Positions 11,733 through 24,403 of a DNA stretch of 64,000 nt are shown piece by piece. Under the pieces are notes generated by a model. It saw only the letters and a list, made by a program, of their open reading frames with translations. It did not search any database and was not told the DNA's origin. The DNA is from Tubulanus polymorphus (Eukaryota; Animalia; Nemertea), in contig NC_134026.1 in assembly GCF_964204645.1 (NCBI RefSeq), positions 25,826,150 to 25,890,149 on the forward strand, in the 5' to 3' direction. Each line of letters starts with the position of its first letter. The stretch's first letter is position 1. Both the position numbers and the translations under genes were made by a program.

Positions 11733-14700
11733 TTAATTTTTTCTTGCTCTTTTATTTCTCATAAATGTATAGTTACCATCAAAGGCCCCTTCAACATCGC
11801 GGAGCAATTGCATAGGATCTTTCATGCGGATGTTTCGAGACCAACCAGGGCCGCGTGCAACCAGCTCTACAGCGGGGGCGGGTGGTACCCCCGCTGGAGC
11901 GCCCGATGTTCCAGCCTGGGCGGGCATATTATTATCATCATTATTATTAGTTCTTTTTCTTTTTCTTTTAGGTTGCACGCACACAGGTGGTTGTGGTGGT
12001 GGTGGTGGTGGGGGCCCTGGTTGCGGAGCTCCAGGAGCCGCTGAGGACTCCTCATCACTGGACTCCTCAAAATTTGGTTGTGGTGGAGGAGCCGCACGTT
12101 TTGGTGTTCTTTTTTGTTTAGGCCGCCCCGAACCTTCCGTATAATTCACATCTTTTCTATTCTTGCGGGGCGACCTGCGCGGTGCAGGAGTCTGAACCTG
12201 TGGCGCCTCTGTCGGGGCAACCACGGCAGGGGCAACCTCCTGCTTCACGATAACAGGTGGCACGACCTCCGTATCCGAAGATACGGTGACCGCAACCACC
12301 TGCACCGCAGAAGCAGGGTCCACCACCCGCGGGGGAGCCAACGGTGTTGGTGGATTTGGCTCCCCGTGCTTATGAGACGATAAACGCTCCACGCACCTTT
12401 TTAGTCTCCTTTGAAGAAGGGAAGCCGCCTCATAAGCGCGGCCAGACTCATCTTTTCTGTTGACAACATCAATAACAATTGATTCAGCTGAAATGAAAAG
12501 AAAAACTATTAAGGATCACGAATATTACACATTAATACCACGTAGACTTAATGACTGCAAATATGCAATTAATTGCCAGTTTATCTGATTCATTTCTAAA
12601 TCAAGAGTTTGAAGGCAATTTCAGTTTTGTCATAGTATGTGTTGATACATCAATAATGGTGATGGTATTAGCTTTAGGAATGCATTGGTAAAATTGGTTC
12701 ATACCAATAACTGGAATTATGGTACAGTTCAGGTTTCACAACTACATAAATTTGTTTTGGAATAACTCATATCACAATTTAACAGAAAACCAGAGAAAGC
12801 TCATAACAGCTCATTATGATCCAGCCTTACATCGTTTTTTGTAGATTGTTGCTGAAAAGCTTTCAAATGTATCTTCTTCATTCATCATAATTATCAAATT
12901 TGATATTATCGTTAATTCATTTTCATAACATTTATAACGCCCATTGCTATCAATACAGTTTGGGTATAACTAACTGCAGATGCCTCTGGGGTAGAAACAA
13001 GTATAAACCAAATATCAAGAAAATCCATTATGCATTTCCTCAATCTGTTCTTAATATCTTTTAAGAAAATGCTCAGTAACAAATAATCAAGACAAAATAA
13101 TTACTTTAATTTGTTCATATTCTATTATCTTAACTATAAGGCGCATTCACACGACAAAATTTAGACCGGTCTTAATTTGGTCCGGTCCAATTTAGACCAT
13201 CATCCATTTTACTGCCGTGCTTTGAACCGTGTTTAAATGATACTTAGAGTTTCATCGTGATAGAACAAAATCGAATTTGCAAAAATGTCTAAACCTGACA
13301 GAGGATCGAATTGGTCAAATGAAGAATGTCTTGCTCTACTTCGAATCTGGAAGCAATTTATTATTTAGCAGATGTCGACATCTTGTGGGCCCGGTGACAA
13401 GCAATTTTATCACCGCGTGTCAAAACACCGTGTGAACGCTCACCAAAATTTGGTCGGGTCTAAGGACCAGGTACGGACCCATTTAGACCGGTCTAACTAG
13501 TTGTCGTGTAAACGCGACTATAGACAGTACATGGTAAATCATATTCAATTTTCACATATTTCAAAATTTTTTTACATTTTTTTCATGGTAGAAAAACAAT
13601 GCAAAAAATTTGATTCAAATTTCATCAGAAACGAAGGACAGATATAGTCGCAAATTTACTGGATTTTTTGTTTTAAACGAAGTACATAATTAGAAAGCTT
13701 TGGTTCCAAATGGTTTGAACAATCATTCAACCAGCCTGAACTGACTGTTCTTAACCAAAACATCACATTTCTCGACGTGATTATCATTTAAGTTACCAAA
13801 CAGGATATGCAATACATCAGTTCTCGAGGATATTACAAATATAACGTTTCACCATTGGCAAAACCTATCTATATATCATGCGCCGGCCATGTTATCAAAC
13901 CAATTCACTGCTGGCTACATCCAATTCTACAAATAAAACAATTTGTATTGATTTAATCAATAATAAATGACATCTGGAATTAGGCCTATTTTTTGACGCC
14001 GTAAAAACCGTTATATGATAATGTTTTTATCCATTGATAACTACAATGCCTTATTTGGGGGGTTCTGTGTCAACATTTCTGTTTCTAAATAACAATTAAT
14101 ATTCAGCATTTATTCTATCGCTAGATATATCTATCTTGTACATATTTTTATATCTATTTTGTATTATGAAAATTGTATTATATTTTTGATAAATTTTTAA
14201 TTGAACTACATCAATAATAATGAAGCTTGCCTGCCCGGGCAAACCTCCATTTTCGAAGGAGGTGACAAATTGAAACCGAATGACAGTTAGTCAGAACTAC
14301 AGTCCGGAAACGGCCGACCGCGGGATTGAGCACGGTTGCTGTAGTTCGTACCTAGTTTCAAGATGGCCGGCACTGAAATATGTAACGACCGAACTATAGT
14401 GCCTTTGGTTATTAGCTTCGACCTTTAATTGACTAACGATAAAAACCAGGTTCGCCCTGGTTAGACAGATTGCAACTCAATTCACTGTTGATTTATTCAC
14501 ATTCAAAATAACCAAGATCTGAAACCATGTGCCCTGGATTGATGAAGGATCAGCGACTGGGTCACTTCACCTCAATGAAGGCCTATTTCACATAAATGCA
14601 CGACTTATTCAAATGAGCCACTTACCCCTTGAATATCGAATCCTTCAGACACAGCTTATTTAAGAATTCAAAGGTTTTTGAGTTGTCGCGATAAACACAA

Positions 14701-17700
14701 AAAACTTCACACAGACGCAGCACAGGTAAAAGTTAATCTCCCACAACTTCATCAAGAGGATATGGTACTAGTGGTTCTGATGAAGTTCTGGAGTTGTATT
14801 CAACAATGTTCAGCTCATATTTGACATAATCTAAGACAATATTCGAACAAAACGCTACGTTTGAATACATTTTAATGTTTGAATACATCTTTATGTGTAT
14901 TCCTCTGAAACGGATTTTAACCATTTACAAAAAGCGATTTGTCTTGAAATCAAACACCAAAATTCATTTTCACTTAAACCCGATTTTAGCTATTCACATA
15001 AAATGCTTATCATATGAAAAAAGTACAAAATAAGTTTAGGCCTCATTGAAACCTCACCAAATCTTCAAATACTGGACAGTCATTAGTTACAACTTTGCAA
15101 TTGAGAGCAATAAAAAATATACAGAGACCAACGCGAATCGAAAAATTGCTTATATTTTCATTATTTTCAGTTCTCCTTATGGGAGTATCGATACTGAAAA
15201 ATACTAATTCAACTTGATGAGATGCTGTTCAATTCAAGTAAAATAATATCACAACATGATAATTCAGTTACCATTTTGATTTACATGTATAGGAATTGTA
15301 CAATGGTGATACAAATAGACAATTCAAGATGGAGGGACGCATCAAGAAACCTGTTAAGGTTTATGAAAGTAGTAGTATGAAAGTAGTAGAACTATAGCAT
15401 TAGTAGCAAATTGAAGCAAAAGTTGCAGATGGACAGGCCGACGGACGGATGGACGGACAGACGATGACGGATAATCCCCCGGACCCATCAAAACCCATAA
15501 AAACTCATTGGAAAGCGGGTTTCATTGAATATCCCTTCCCCAAATATACCGATTTCAAATTTCAATGTAATACGGCTAGCATTAGGCTTAAAAATGATTT
15601 TTGCGGCATAAATACCCACAAGAAAGCCATTTTGTTTCTGATCAAAAAATGTTTTTGAGATGATGAAATAAAGGGTATAATAAATGTATAACCAAAATTC
15701 CAGACGAGAAAAAATATGCAAAATGTACTTATTTTGACCGAGAAACAACAAAGGCTGCCAGTCAGTTATCTTAATTCTGATAAGGGCCAATACTTTAGAT
15801 TCGTTTACTGAATATTGAATTTCAACCAAAAAAATTATTCTGACAATTCTGATTTCTCAATGTATCATTTTATTTAAAATTTTTTTTATTTTATCATTTT
15901 ATTGAAGTATTCACAGAAACCAAAACCAATAGAAACCGAGCAATTAACAATCAGCAGTTTGTAGAAAAACCAGACAGCTACAGTTAACAATAATAAGTAC
16001 TGGGCGTGGATACGCTGGTATCACTGGTACTGGCTTGATGCGCTGGTATCACTGGTACTGCCATGATGCACTGGTATCACTGGTACTGGAATGATGCTTT
16101 GGTAACACTGGTACTGGGATGATGTACTGGTATCACTGGTACTGGGATGATGCACTGGTATCACTGGTACTGGGATGATGTACTGGTATCATTGGTACTA
16201 GCTAGATGCACTGGTATCACTGGTTTGATATACAGAACACCTCGCTCCGACCATATCACGCCAATCCTTGTGCAACTACATTGGCTCCCTGTATCAGCTA
16301 GGATCGACTTCAAAGTTCTGTTGCTTACCTAAAAATCACTCACCCACCAAGCTCCTGACTATCTCCGTGAACTATTAACCACCTACAAACCGTCCAGAAA
16401 CCTCTGTTCGGCTCAGCAGCATCGACTTCTCGAACGTCGTTATAACGTGTCAACATTTGGATCCATAGCGTTCTCTGTTCACACTCTGTTCGTCACTTTG
16501 GAACTCTCATGAACTATCTAGATGGTTATCTCTCGACCTCAATAGCTTCAAGACCCATCTCAAAACAACTTTGTTCCATGCAGCATACCATTAACTCTCG
16601 GAAAGCGCATTTGAACTGTCAAAGGATACTTGCGCGTTATAAATGACAATTATTATTATTACTATTACTGGTACTAGGATGATGCACTGGTATCACTGGT
16701 ACTGGGATGATGCACTGGTATCATTGGTGCTGGCTTGATGCGCTGGTATCACTGGTACTGGGATGATGTACTGGTATCACTGGTACTGGGATGATGCACT
16801 GGTATCAATGGTACTGGCTTGATGCACTGGTATCACTGGTACTGGGATGATGCACTGATATCACTGGTACTGGGATGATGCACTGGTATCACTGGTACTG
16901 AAATGATGTACTGGTATCATTGGTGCTGGGTGCTGGCTTGATACGCTGGTATCACTGGTACTGGGATGATGCACTGGTATCGATGATACTGGCTTAATAG
17001 GCTGGTATCACAGGTGCTGGCTTGATACGCTGGTATCACTGGTACTGGGATGACTATACACTGCAACTGGGTTGGTGTGGGTTGATAGTACTTAATCTGT
17101 AGTAATGAAGAAGGCGGCCAGTCTCACTACTGGGTAGCCTAGTATCAGGTGCTGAACTCAGAAGCGGTGCTGCGACGTTGCATAACCAATTCATATCTGG
17201 CTTCAAACAAATTCATTCTAAATATAATAAACACATTTTCATCTACGTCGTCATAAAAAAACCAATATAAATCATTAAATAATGAATAAATGAGGGATCG
17301 ATTACACTTACATTTAGTACATTGTTATAGTACGTTGCGCAATTATTCAAACTTTCTCCCTCAACCAGGTGACTTCATATAAATCAATCAAAACCATTTA
17401 CTACAAAATATCAAATATATTTTCATTCAATTATAAAACATAACACCATTAAACAGTGAATAATGAATAATAATCGGAATCTAGGCCTATTTCACATATA
17501 CCGATATTTATGAGATATTTCAAATGAATCACTACTTACCCCTCGAATATTGAATCCATCACCGGAATAATTCACTGACACTGTCAATATAATGACAGCT
17601 ACTTCCCCGCAGGAAAAAAACGCTCATAGGCTGGAAAAACACTAGGTTAGGGTTGCTAGGCTTATGAATGGATAAATATTTGGGTCTGGTACCTACCGTA

Positions 17701-19438
17701 GCTTTTTAGGCCTAATTGAAAATAATTCTTTCAACAAAATCGAAACATTTTCTAACTTGCAATATCGATGAGTTTCAAACTCAACGAACAATCAAACATT
17801 TCGGCCTGACTCGCAATGATGAGTTTCAAATTCAAACTTCACATAGGAGGCCTTGGTTATTTGTATGTAGGCCGTGTGGGTGGTGCATATGCCAGAGCCA
17901 GCCCACAGGCACTTGAATATGGGCTTTGATAATGGATAAATATTTGATAATTTACCAGCGATACGTTAATCCTACTTTAATAGATCGCCATGTTTTATAA
18001 TAAATTTACCCATGATGCAACGCGCGCCGGTCGTTTAGCTATACTATACAGAAAGGCTGGAAACGATCCTATCTCCGTAATGCTTAAATCTACCCGCAGT
18101 TATCGGGACAGCCGAACACTGCCGATGATTGCCGAAGTACGTCCTTAGTGTCAATTTTAATCCTGAAATATAGGAGCGCCCATAATTTCAATTGTAGATG
18201 ATTTTTTTGGAAACATTGACACTGTTTTAGCTCCATTAAAGATTTTAAATGGCAACAAAATTGATTTTTGAAAATTTGCGATGCCTCTTCGGGATTGCTG
18301 TGACGTCATCTGTCCCGATAACTGCGGGTAGATTTAAGCATTACGGAGATAGGATCGTTTCCAGCCTTTCTGTATAGTATAGCTAAACGACTGGCGCGCG
18401 TTGCATCATGGGTAAATTTATTATAAAACATGGCGATCTATTAAAGTAGGATTAACGTATCGCGGGTAAATTATCAAATATTTATCCATTATCAAAGCCC
18501 ATATTCAAGTGCCTGTGGCCAGCCCCAGCGCCAGCGCCCGGGCCCTGATACGGTCTGGACCGGGCGGAGGGAGGACTCGCCCACCACCCGTGGCGTCCCA
18601 GCTAATGATGTCAATGATGACTGAGGCCTATTATCAATTAAACAGTTTCAAACTGTTTATTTGCTGTTTTCTGAAAGGAATTAAACAGCATCAATGATAC
18701 ATGCTTGGAGCGCATGATGGAAATTCCTTACAAACGGCACGTCAAATTTGGACCCGGAAATAGGTTTTTGCATCATTATAATAAATCCCATCCATCAGTG
18801 TCACATTCTATCAAATTCAATTCAATTTTGTTCCGCGAATATTTGTGTCGAGAGACGGAAAGGAAATTCTATGTCGAGACATCAAGGATAGTTTTATCGT
18901 AATTACTGCAGTTAATTTTCTGTTTCAATGCAGATATAGAAATAATTGTCTTTCCTTATTGAATGTTTCTAAATTTTTTTACTTTTCAATAGAATAATTG
19001 AGATTCTTCCTAGAATGAAATATTTAAGATCAGCAAAATTGAAAAAAAATATATACTTGAGATATTGAAACGTCGATATTTTTGTGATCACTTTTGAGAT
19101 TAAGAGTTGAAATGATTAAACTTTCAAACTGACTGAGGTATTCAAATGAATAAAAAAATTATCTGATTAGAATTGGATAAGTGTTTAGCAGTTTAGATAT
19201 TCTAGTTTAAGATTTCGGATTCGAGAACTATTTAAATTAAATTTCAGAGATTTGTGCTAGATATGTTGTGGATTTGAGATAACCAAGATAAATAATTGAG
19301 ATATTTGAGGCATACTAATTGAGATAAGGTAATGAGTAAAAACTTACTTAAATTGAGGAACAGGTCGAGTGCCCCGCCATTTTTCAGCACCTCGACCTGT
19401 ACGGATTTCAGCACGTCGAATAAAAAGTTACATGACAT
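11733..19438 (-). CDS. Orphan spliced gene, ~281 aa: helical N-terminus plus Pro-rich disordered basic C-terminus with NLS-like PKRKRKR. Coding exons 19438-19348 and 12487-11733
   Basis: acaatcATG at 19438 gives MSCNFLFDVLKSVQVEVLKNGGALDLFLNL and ends at a phase-1 donor A|GTAAGT (19348/19347). The acceptor tttcttttcatttCAG|CT at 12488/12487 is also phase 1 and continues T-ESIVIDVVNRKDESGRAYEAASLLQRRLKRCVERLSSHKH into the 219-aa ORF. 91+755=846 nt. Both exons are GC-richer than their flanks. Confidence 0.6.
13140..13518 (+). mobile_element. PIF/Harbinger-like non-autonomous element retaining the start of a Myb/SANT-like ORF
   Basis: TIRs GGCGCATTCACACGACAA ... TTGTCGTGTAAACGCGAC, subterminal TTAGACCGGTCT palindromes, and TAA/TAT flanks. 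The internal ORF at 13285 reads MSKPDRGSNWSNEECLALLRIWKQ. Confidence 0.75.
15998..17053. repeat. 28-bp minisatellite (CTGGTATCACTGGTACTGGGATGATGCA) split by a LINE insertion
   Basis: Period 28 (16015, 16043). The array stops at ~16224 and resumes at ~16666. Confidence 0.92.
16225..16666 (+). mobile_element. 5'-truncated L2/CR1-group LINE 3' end (pseudogenised ORF2 C-terminus plus (ATT)n tail)
   Basis: Encodes DHITPILVQLHWLPVSARIDFKVLLLT*, the conserved HxxPxLxxLHWLPV motif of the L2-clade ORF2 C-terminus, then YKPSRNL. Ends CGCGTTATAAATGACAATTATTATTATT, flanked by ACTGGT direct repeats. Confidence 0.85.
17904..18517. mobile_element. Foldback MITE with ~208-bp near-perfect TIRs and a 7-bp TSD (P-element-superfamily-like)
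   Basis: 17904-18111 is the reverse complement of 18310-18517 with about 2 mismatches. Termini CACAGG...CCTGTG. GCCAGCC lies at 17897-17903 and 18518-18524. Confidence 0.9.
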
Positions 19439-19486
19439 GATTGTTGTAGTTTTTGTAGTTAGTTGTCGACGTTGTTGTAGGTTCCG

Positions 19487-19655
19487 TAGAAGGTTCTCAC
19501 GGTTGTCGAAGGTTCGGTTGTCGAAGGTTCTGTTGTAGAAGGTTCTGTTGTAGAAGCTTCTCACGGTTGTCGAAGGTTCTGTTGTAGAATGTTCTGTTTT
19601 AGAATGTTCTGTTGTAGAAGGCTCTGTTGTAGACTGTTCTTCTTGTTGTAGGTTC
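19487..19655. repeat. 15-bp tandem repeat (TAGAAGGTTCTGTTG variants)
   Basis: Direct reading. It lies in the predicted 5' leader of the orphan gene. Confidence 0.8.
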
Positions 19656-19660
19656 TCTGA

Positions 19661-19895
<235 letters not shown>

Positions 19896-19990
19896 AATAT
19901 TAATAAAAGAATAATTAATACCAAGATATCAAATCAATCAAGAAACATTTCATCGACAGAAAAAAATAAAATGGACGCAGTTTAGCATAC

Positions 19991-20085
19991 CGGAAAATGG
20001 CCGAACTGGAAAGAGTGACCCCGTGACCGGGCCTTATATACCGACACCGGTGTGACGTCATATTTCACAATACTGACCAATGACA
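19991..20085 (-). promoter_or_regulatory. Pol II core promoter and short non-coding first exon of the orphan gene
   Basis: On the minus strand: CRE palindrome TGACGTCA (20053-20060), TATATAAGG (from 20040), Inr-like CCAGTT with the A at 20007 (31-33 nt downstream), YY1-like GGCCATTTT, then donor CCG|GTATG at 19991/19990. Confidence 0.55.
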
Positions 20086-21748
20086 AGTAACTTGACATTC
20101 CCGCCGAGAAGTCAAAGAATGAAATTATTGCCACCGAAATGCCATTAGATTCGAATCCTGCAAACGGAACGATAGTTGATTTTCTATTAAGGGGTGCCTT
20201 CACGTTGGAAAGCGCCGATGCCCAGGCTACACCAGTCTACTTAGTTTTGTGGCCAATTTAACATACCGTAAATCGGGGTGACTTGAGACGCTTATTTGTG
20301 ATTTTTTCAAATGCAGCTCGAGGACCTACCAACAATCTACCCAAATGATGATTATTTGAACAACAATTGGTCCCTCTTCAGTTCTAGGCATGATGAAAAA
20401 ATGTGTCTAATGATTTTCTAATTTTTCTTATTAAGAAACAACTGTCTCGTGTCACCCCAAGGTTAGGGTCTTGAAAATTTGCTGTAAATAAAAGTCTGTT
20501 TGATTTTACGCCGATAATTTGATTCTGTTTGTTCACCAGTTGCAGACTTTGAGCAGCTTATGCAACTGTGGAACAATTGGATTCAAAACTCAGTAGAACT
20601 GGATCCAGAACTGTAGAACTGAACCGCTGACTACGTATTATTAGAAATCAAATAAAACCAGAAAATTTGTAGGAAATTTCGGTCTAGGAGACGACGCCTT
20701 CGGCCACTCGCTGCTTTTGTTTTTGATGGCTGATCGGGTCTTATCTAAAGGATCGTACTCAAGCTGGTCAGTTAGGGATCGAGTTCAACTAATACACCTT
20801 TAACCTGTGGAAACAGTAGGATATTATGTACAGCCTTGCGCCGATAATCAAGTCTTTTTACTTTGGATCATTTAACCAATCCGTGAAATTGATTGTCCGA
20901 TAACTATTTCCTAAAAAATGTTGAAAGTCTCTTTTACTCTCCCAAGACCGACTGAGGTGCATGGATCGTATGGTGACATCAAAATACTCAACTTTGGAAT
21001 AAGTCGAAATCATTTTTCAATGAATAGGCCTAATTCCAAAATATTCAGTATTAATGGAAATGTCCATCTATCGTATATCGCTATTCTATGGTTATTTGCA
21101 TTGATTGACCAATTTATTCGAAGACTAATGTTTCAGTCCACTGGAAATACACTGCCAAATTTTCCTTGAGATCTGAGAGTTGGGTATAGGCTAATATTTT
21201 CATTAGATAGAATAGGTTTGCGGATTTTACTTCATCATATTTAGAAATATTCTGGGAAGGATTAGCCATGCATTTACAGTATCTGATGCTGCACTATATA
21301 TACATCATCGCTCCGTCATGCCGAGTTATACATTTCACATCAACCAGTAGGCTACATGCAGCTGTTCAGTGTGTATACACAATATCTGAATACGAGGCTG
21401 GAATTACATGCTCACTTCACGTAAGGCCAAATTCAGACTCTAAAGCAAAGTTGTTTAAACGTGGATCTATTAGAAGTTCACTATTTTAGTTCTATTAGAA
21501 GTTCACGCATTATTTGTTTGGTAGTCAGCCAGGCATCAGGGCCCAGATTTATGAAAAAAAAGTTCAACTTCTTAATCTATTTAAGATATAATAATGAATA
21601 ACGAAGAAAGTATATCGATGTAAGAGTTACTGGGTTCAGGGTTCGAACCTGACAACATTGATATTCAGGCACAGGCACACAAGTTCGGTTAACACGAGAG
21701 TCGCTCTCAAGGTCGATGACACACCGGCGGCCCAGATTCAACGAAGAA

Positions 21749-24403
21749 ATGGAAGTCGATGGTATCTTAGAAAAAGATATATTTGTTGGTATCGAGGGGT
21801 AAGTTTTAAATATATTTTATACGTCCCTTGGATTGTTTGCTATCCTATCTTTAATTATTTGCTCGAAGTTTCATTGTAAAATTTGTTTTAAGCGTCAAGT
21901 TCTAACGACAACGTTGTTGTCGTTCTGTCAGTAGTCAGTGTCATCATGATCATCATTCCCTCCAAGTATCAACCACAATGATTTGTTGTGAAGAGATAAT
22001 ATTGGCAGTATGTATTCTACAGTGAAGATGTAGTGTACACTGTAGCCTGATTGACAGTCAGTTGCCAGAACTGATAATGTACTGCACTATTTCATTTTAT
22101 TTTTGTTCGATCATCATGTGGTTTTCTTTTTTCAACTTACTTACTGACAATCAATTTCACTTAATTCGCAAAAAGTCTACTGACTGATAATGGAACTTTG
22201 CCCTAGAGACATAGTTATCCACATATTAATTGAAAGAAATATTTTTATTTTCAGAGGTGGAACTCATTCAAAGGTTGTATTGATGACTAAAGATGGCACT
22301 ATTATTGCTGAAGGTGTTGGCCTTGGTACTAACCAATGGGTATGTTGTCCAAGCGAATTTTACTGAGATCAATTTTTGAGTTAAGTGTATGGTAGTCATT
22401 TTCTCGTTTTGCATTTTAGCAAATTGGCTTAGAAGAATGTGTTAATCGCATTGTTGATATGGTTATGGATGTCAAACGAATTTCTAAAATACCCATGGAA
22501 CTACCAGTGAAGGCAATTGTAAGAAAACTAATACTTTAGCATCGTGCATCATTAAGAATAAGCTATTGATATGTGTTTTGAGCTGATGTATTGATGTATT
22601 CATCTGATCATTGCGGTATATTACAGGGATTAGCTTTGAGTGGAGTAGATAATGAAATAACTAAGGTCAAGATAAAGAAACTTATGTCGGAGTCGTTCCC
22701 AAATTTCTTTGAAAATGTGTTTGTTTGTAATGATACTGATGGTGCTCTGGCGACCGCTTTCAAAAATGGTAGATCCCGGTACTTACGTTTTTGTTTACTT
22801 ACTCGTTTATTTTTGAAAAATATTCGGCTTATGATTCTTTTCTGGTTAAGGTGGTATCAACATTATTGCCGGTACTGGCTCAAATTGTCTGTTGAAAAAT
22901 GATGATGGGAGTTTGTATAACTGTGGAGGATGGGGGAATATGCTCGGAGATGAAGGAAGTGGTATGTATTATCATCGATTCTGGTGAGCTACAATATTTG
23001 TATCTTGCAGGTCAATTTGTACATTGAGATCTCTGACTTACCTTTATTTATAAGCATATTGGATCTCTTACACTGCAATGAAGACAGTATTTGATCATAT
23101 TGATGGCTTAAATCCCTCTGAATATGACATCACATTCGTAAAAGAAGCTATGTATAAGTATTTCAAGGTAAATAAGTATGAATGGCTTATCCCAGTGATA
23201 TGATGAAATGACTTAGATATTAAGCCAGTGTGAGAAAGTATGAACGTGAGGGTGAGAGTGAAGTGTGTATTTGGGTACCTGTTGCTACAAACTAAAACTT
23301 TTAACAGGTTCACCCTTCTAATAAATATGTTAAAAATCATGTATGTACTACTTTATTATATATAATTCATGTTTATTAGCTAAATAAAGAATACTAAAAA
23401 TAAAAAAGATTATAATTATCTTTCGGTAATGAGAAAATGGATTATAATGTCTGAATTGCTTAAAACATTGGTTTCTTTACTGTATGTAAATTCTTTGGTA
23501 TATTATCAGTCACTCCACATTGTTCCTACCAGGGTGTTTGAATTCTAGGCTACCCCCAATTGGCCAAAAAAACAGCTCAGCCTTTTTGAAAAGAGCGCAA
23601 TAAATGTGTTTAGCTTCATTTTGCAGATGAATGAGCAAGCGGATATTCTGGAACATTTATATACTCACTTCGACAAAAAGAATATTGCTGGATTTTGCGA
23701 AGTGTTAGCTCTCGGTAAGCACTATTTATTTAACATATGGGTACCGAATGTGATAGCTTTGCTAATCCTGCCATTTTCAGTGACAAAGAATGATATGAAA
23801 ATGATTGCCATCAAAAATGCAAAAACGATGCAGTATGTTATTTTTGTATACGATTTTATGAATCTATTACTTTATAAACCTTCTTTTCCTTTTTTTACAG
23901 AGGGAAAAAATGATAGTCTTTGTTTCCACATTATGAAAGAAGCAGGGAAATATCTGGGCAAACATATATGGGCAGTCCATCGGAAGGCTACCCTGGTAAA
24001 CAACCTCTTTGCAATTATTGGTTATAGACACATATATCATCATCTAAAATAGATAATACATTTTTAGGGAACTTTGAAAAATCCTGGTGGTTTGCATGTT
24101 CTCATCAATGGCTCAGTTTGGAAGAGTTGGGAGTTACTTCAAGAAGGTATAAAGCGTCGATAAAGTTTCTGATGTTGACAATAGCAGTGCTTCCTATATG
24201 ATTAGTGATTCTCCATCTTCTTTTCTGTAGGTTTTATCGAAGGATTGTCGTGGAGGGAACCGAAAGTAAATGAAGTGACTATGTACCGTCTCACCTGCTC
24301 GGGAGCACTAGGAGCAGCATATTTAGCTTCTAAATCAATAGAAGAACCAATCAGTCTGGATTATGATAAAAACACTAAACTCTTATATCATTATAAAGCT
24401 TAG
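21749..24403 (+). CDS. NAGK: N-acetyl-D-glucosamine kinase, 10 coding exons
   Basis: Exons start at about 21749, 22255, 22420, 22628, 22851, 23055, 23627, 23901, 24068 and 24231 with GT-AG introns. Motifs: [76 protein letters not shown] at 24401-24403. Confidence 0.95.

Noticed and set aside
17904-18517. Transib/RAG-like transposon (CACAG terminus)
   Set aside because: The heptamer is CACAGGC, not CACAGTG, and with CAC termini the duplication is 7 bp, not the 5 bp expected.
20263-20470. Complete Tc1/mariner MITE starting TACCGTAAATCGGGGTGAC
   Set aside because: Only a partial inverted match (GTCACCCC) is found and there is no second terminus with TA, so boundaries cannot be supported.
21632-21690. 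tRNA gene upstream of NAGK (GGTTCGAACC)
   Set aside because: An isolated B-box-like palindrome without an A-box or cloverleaf.
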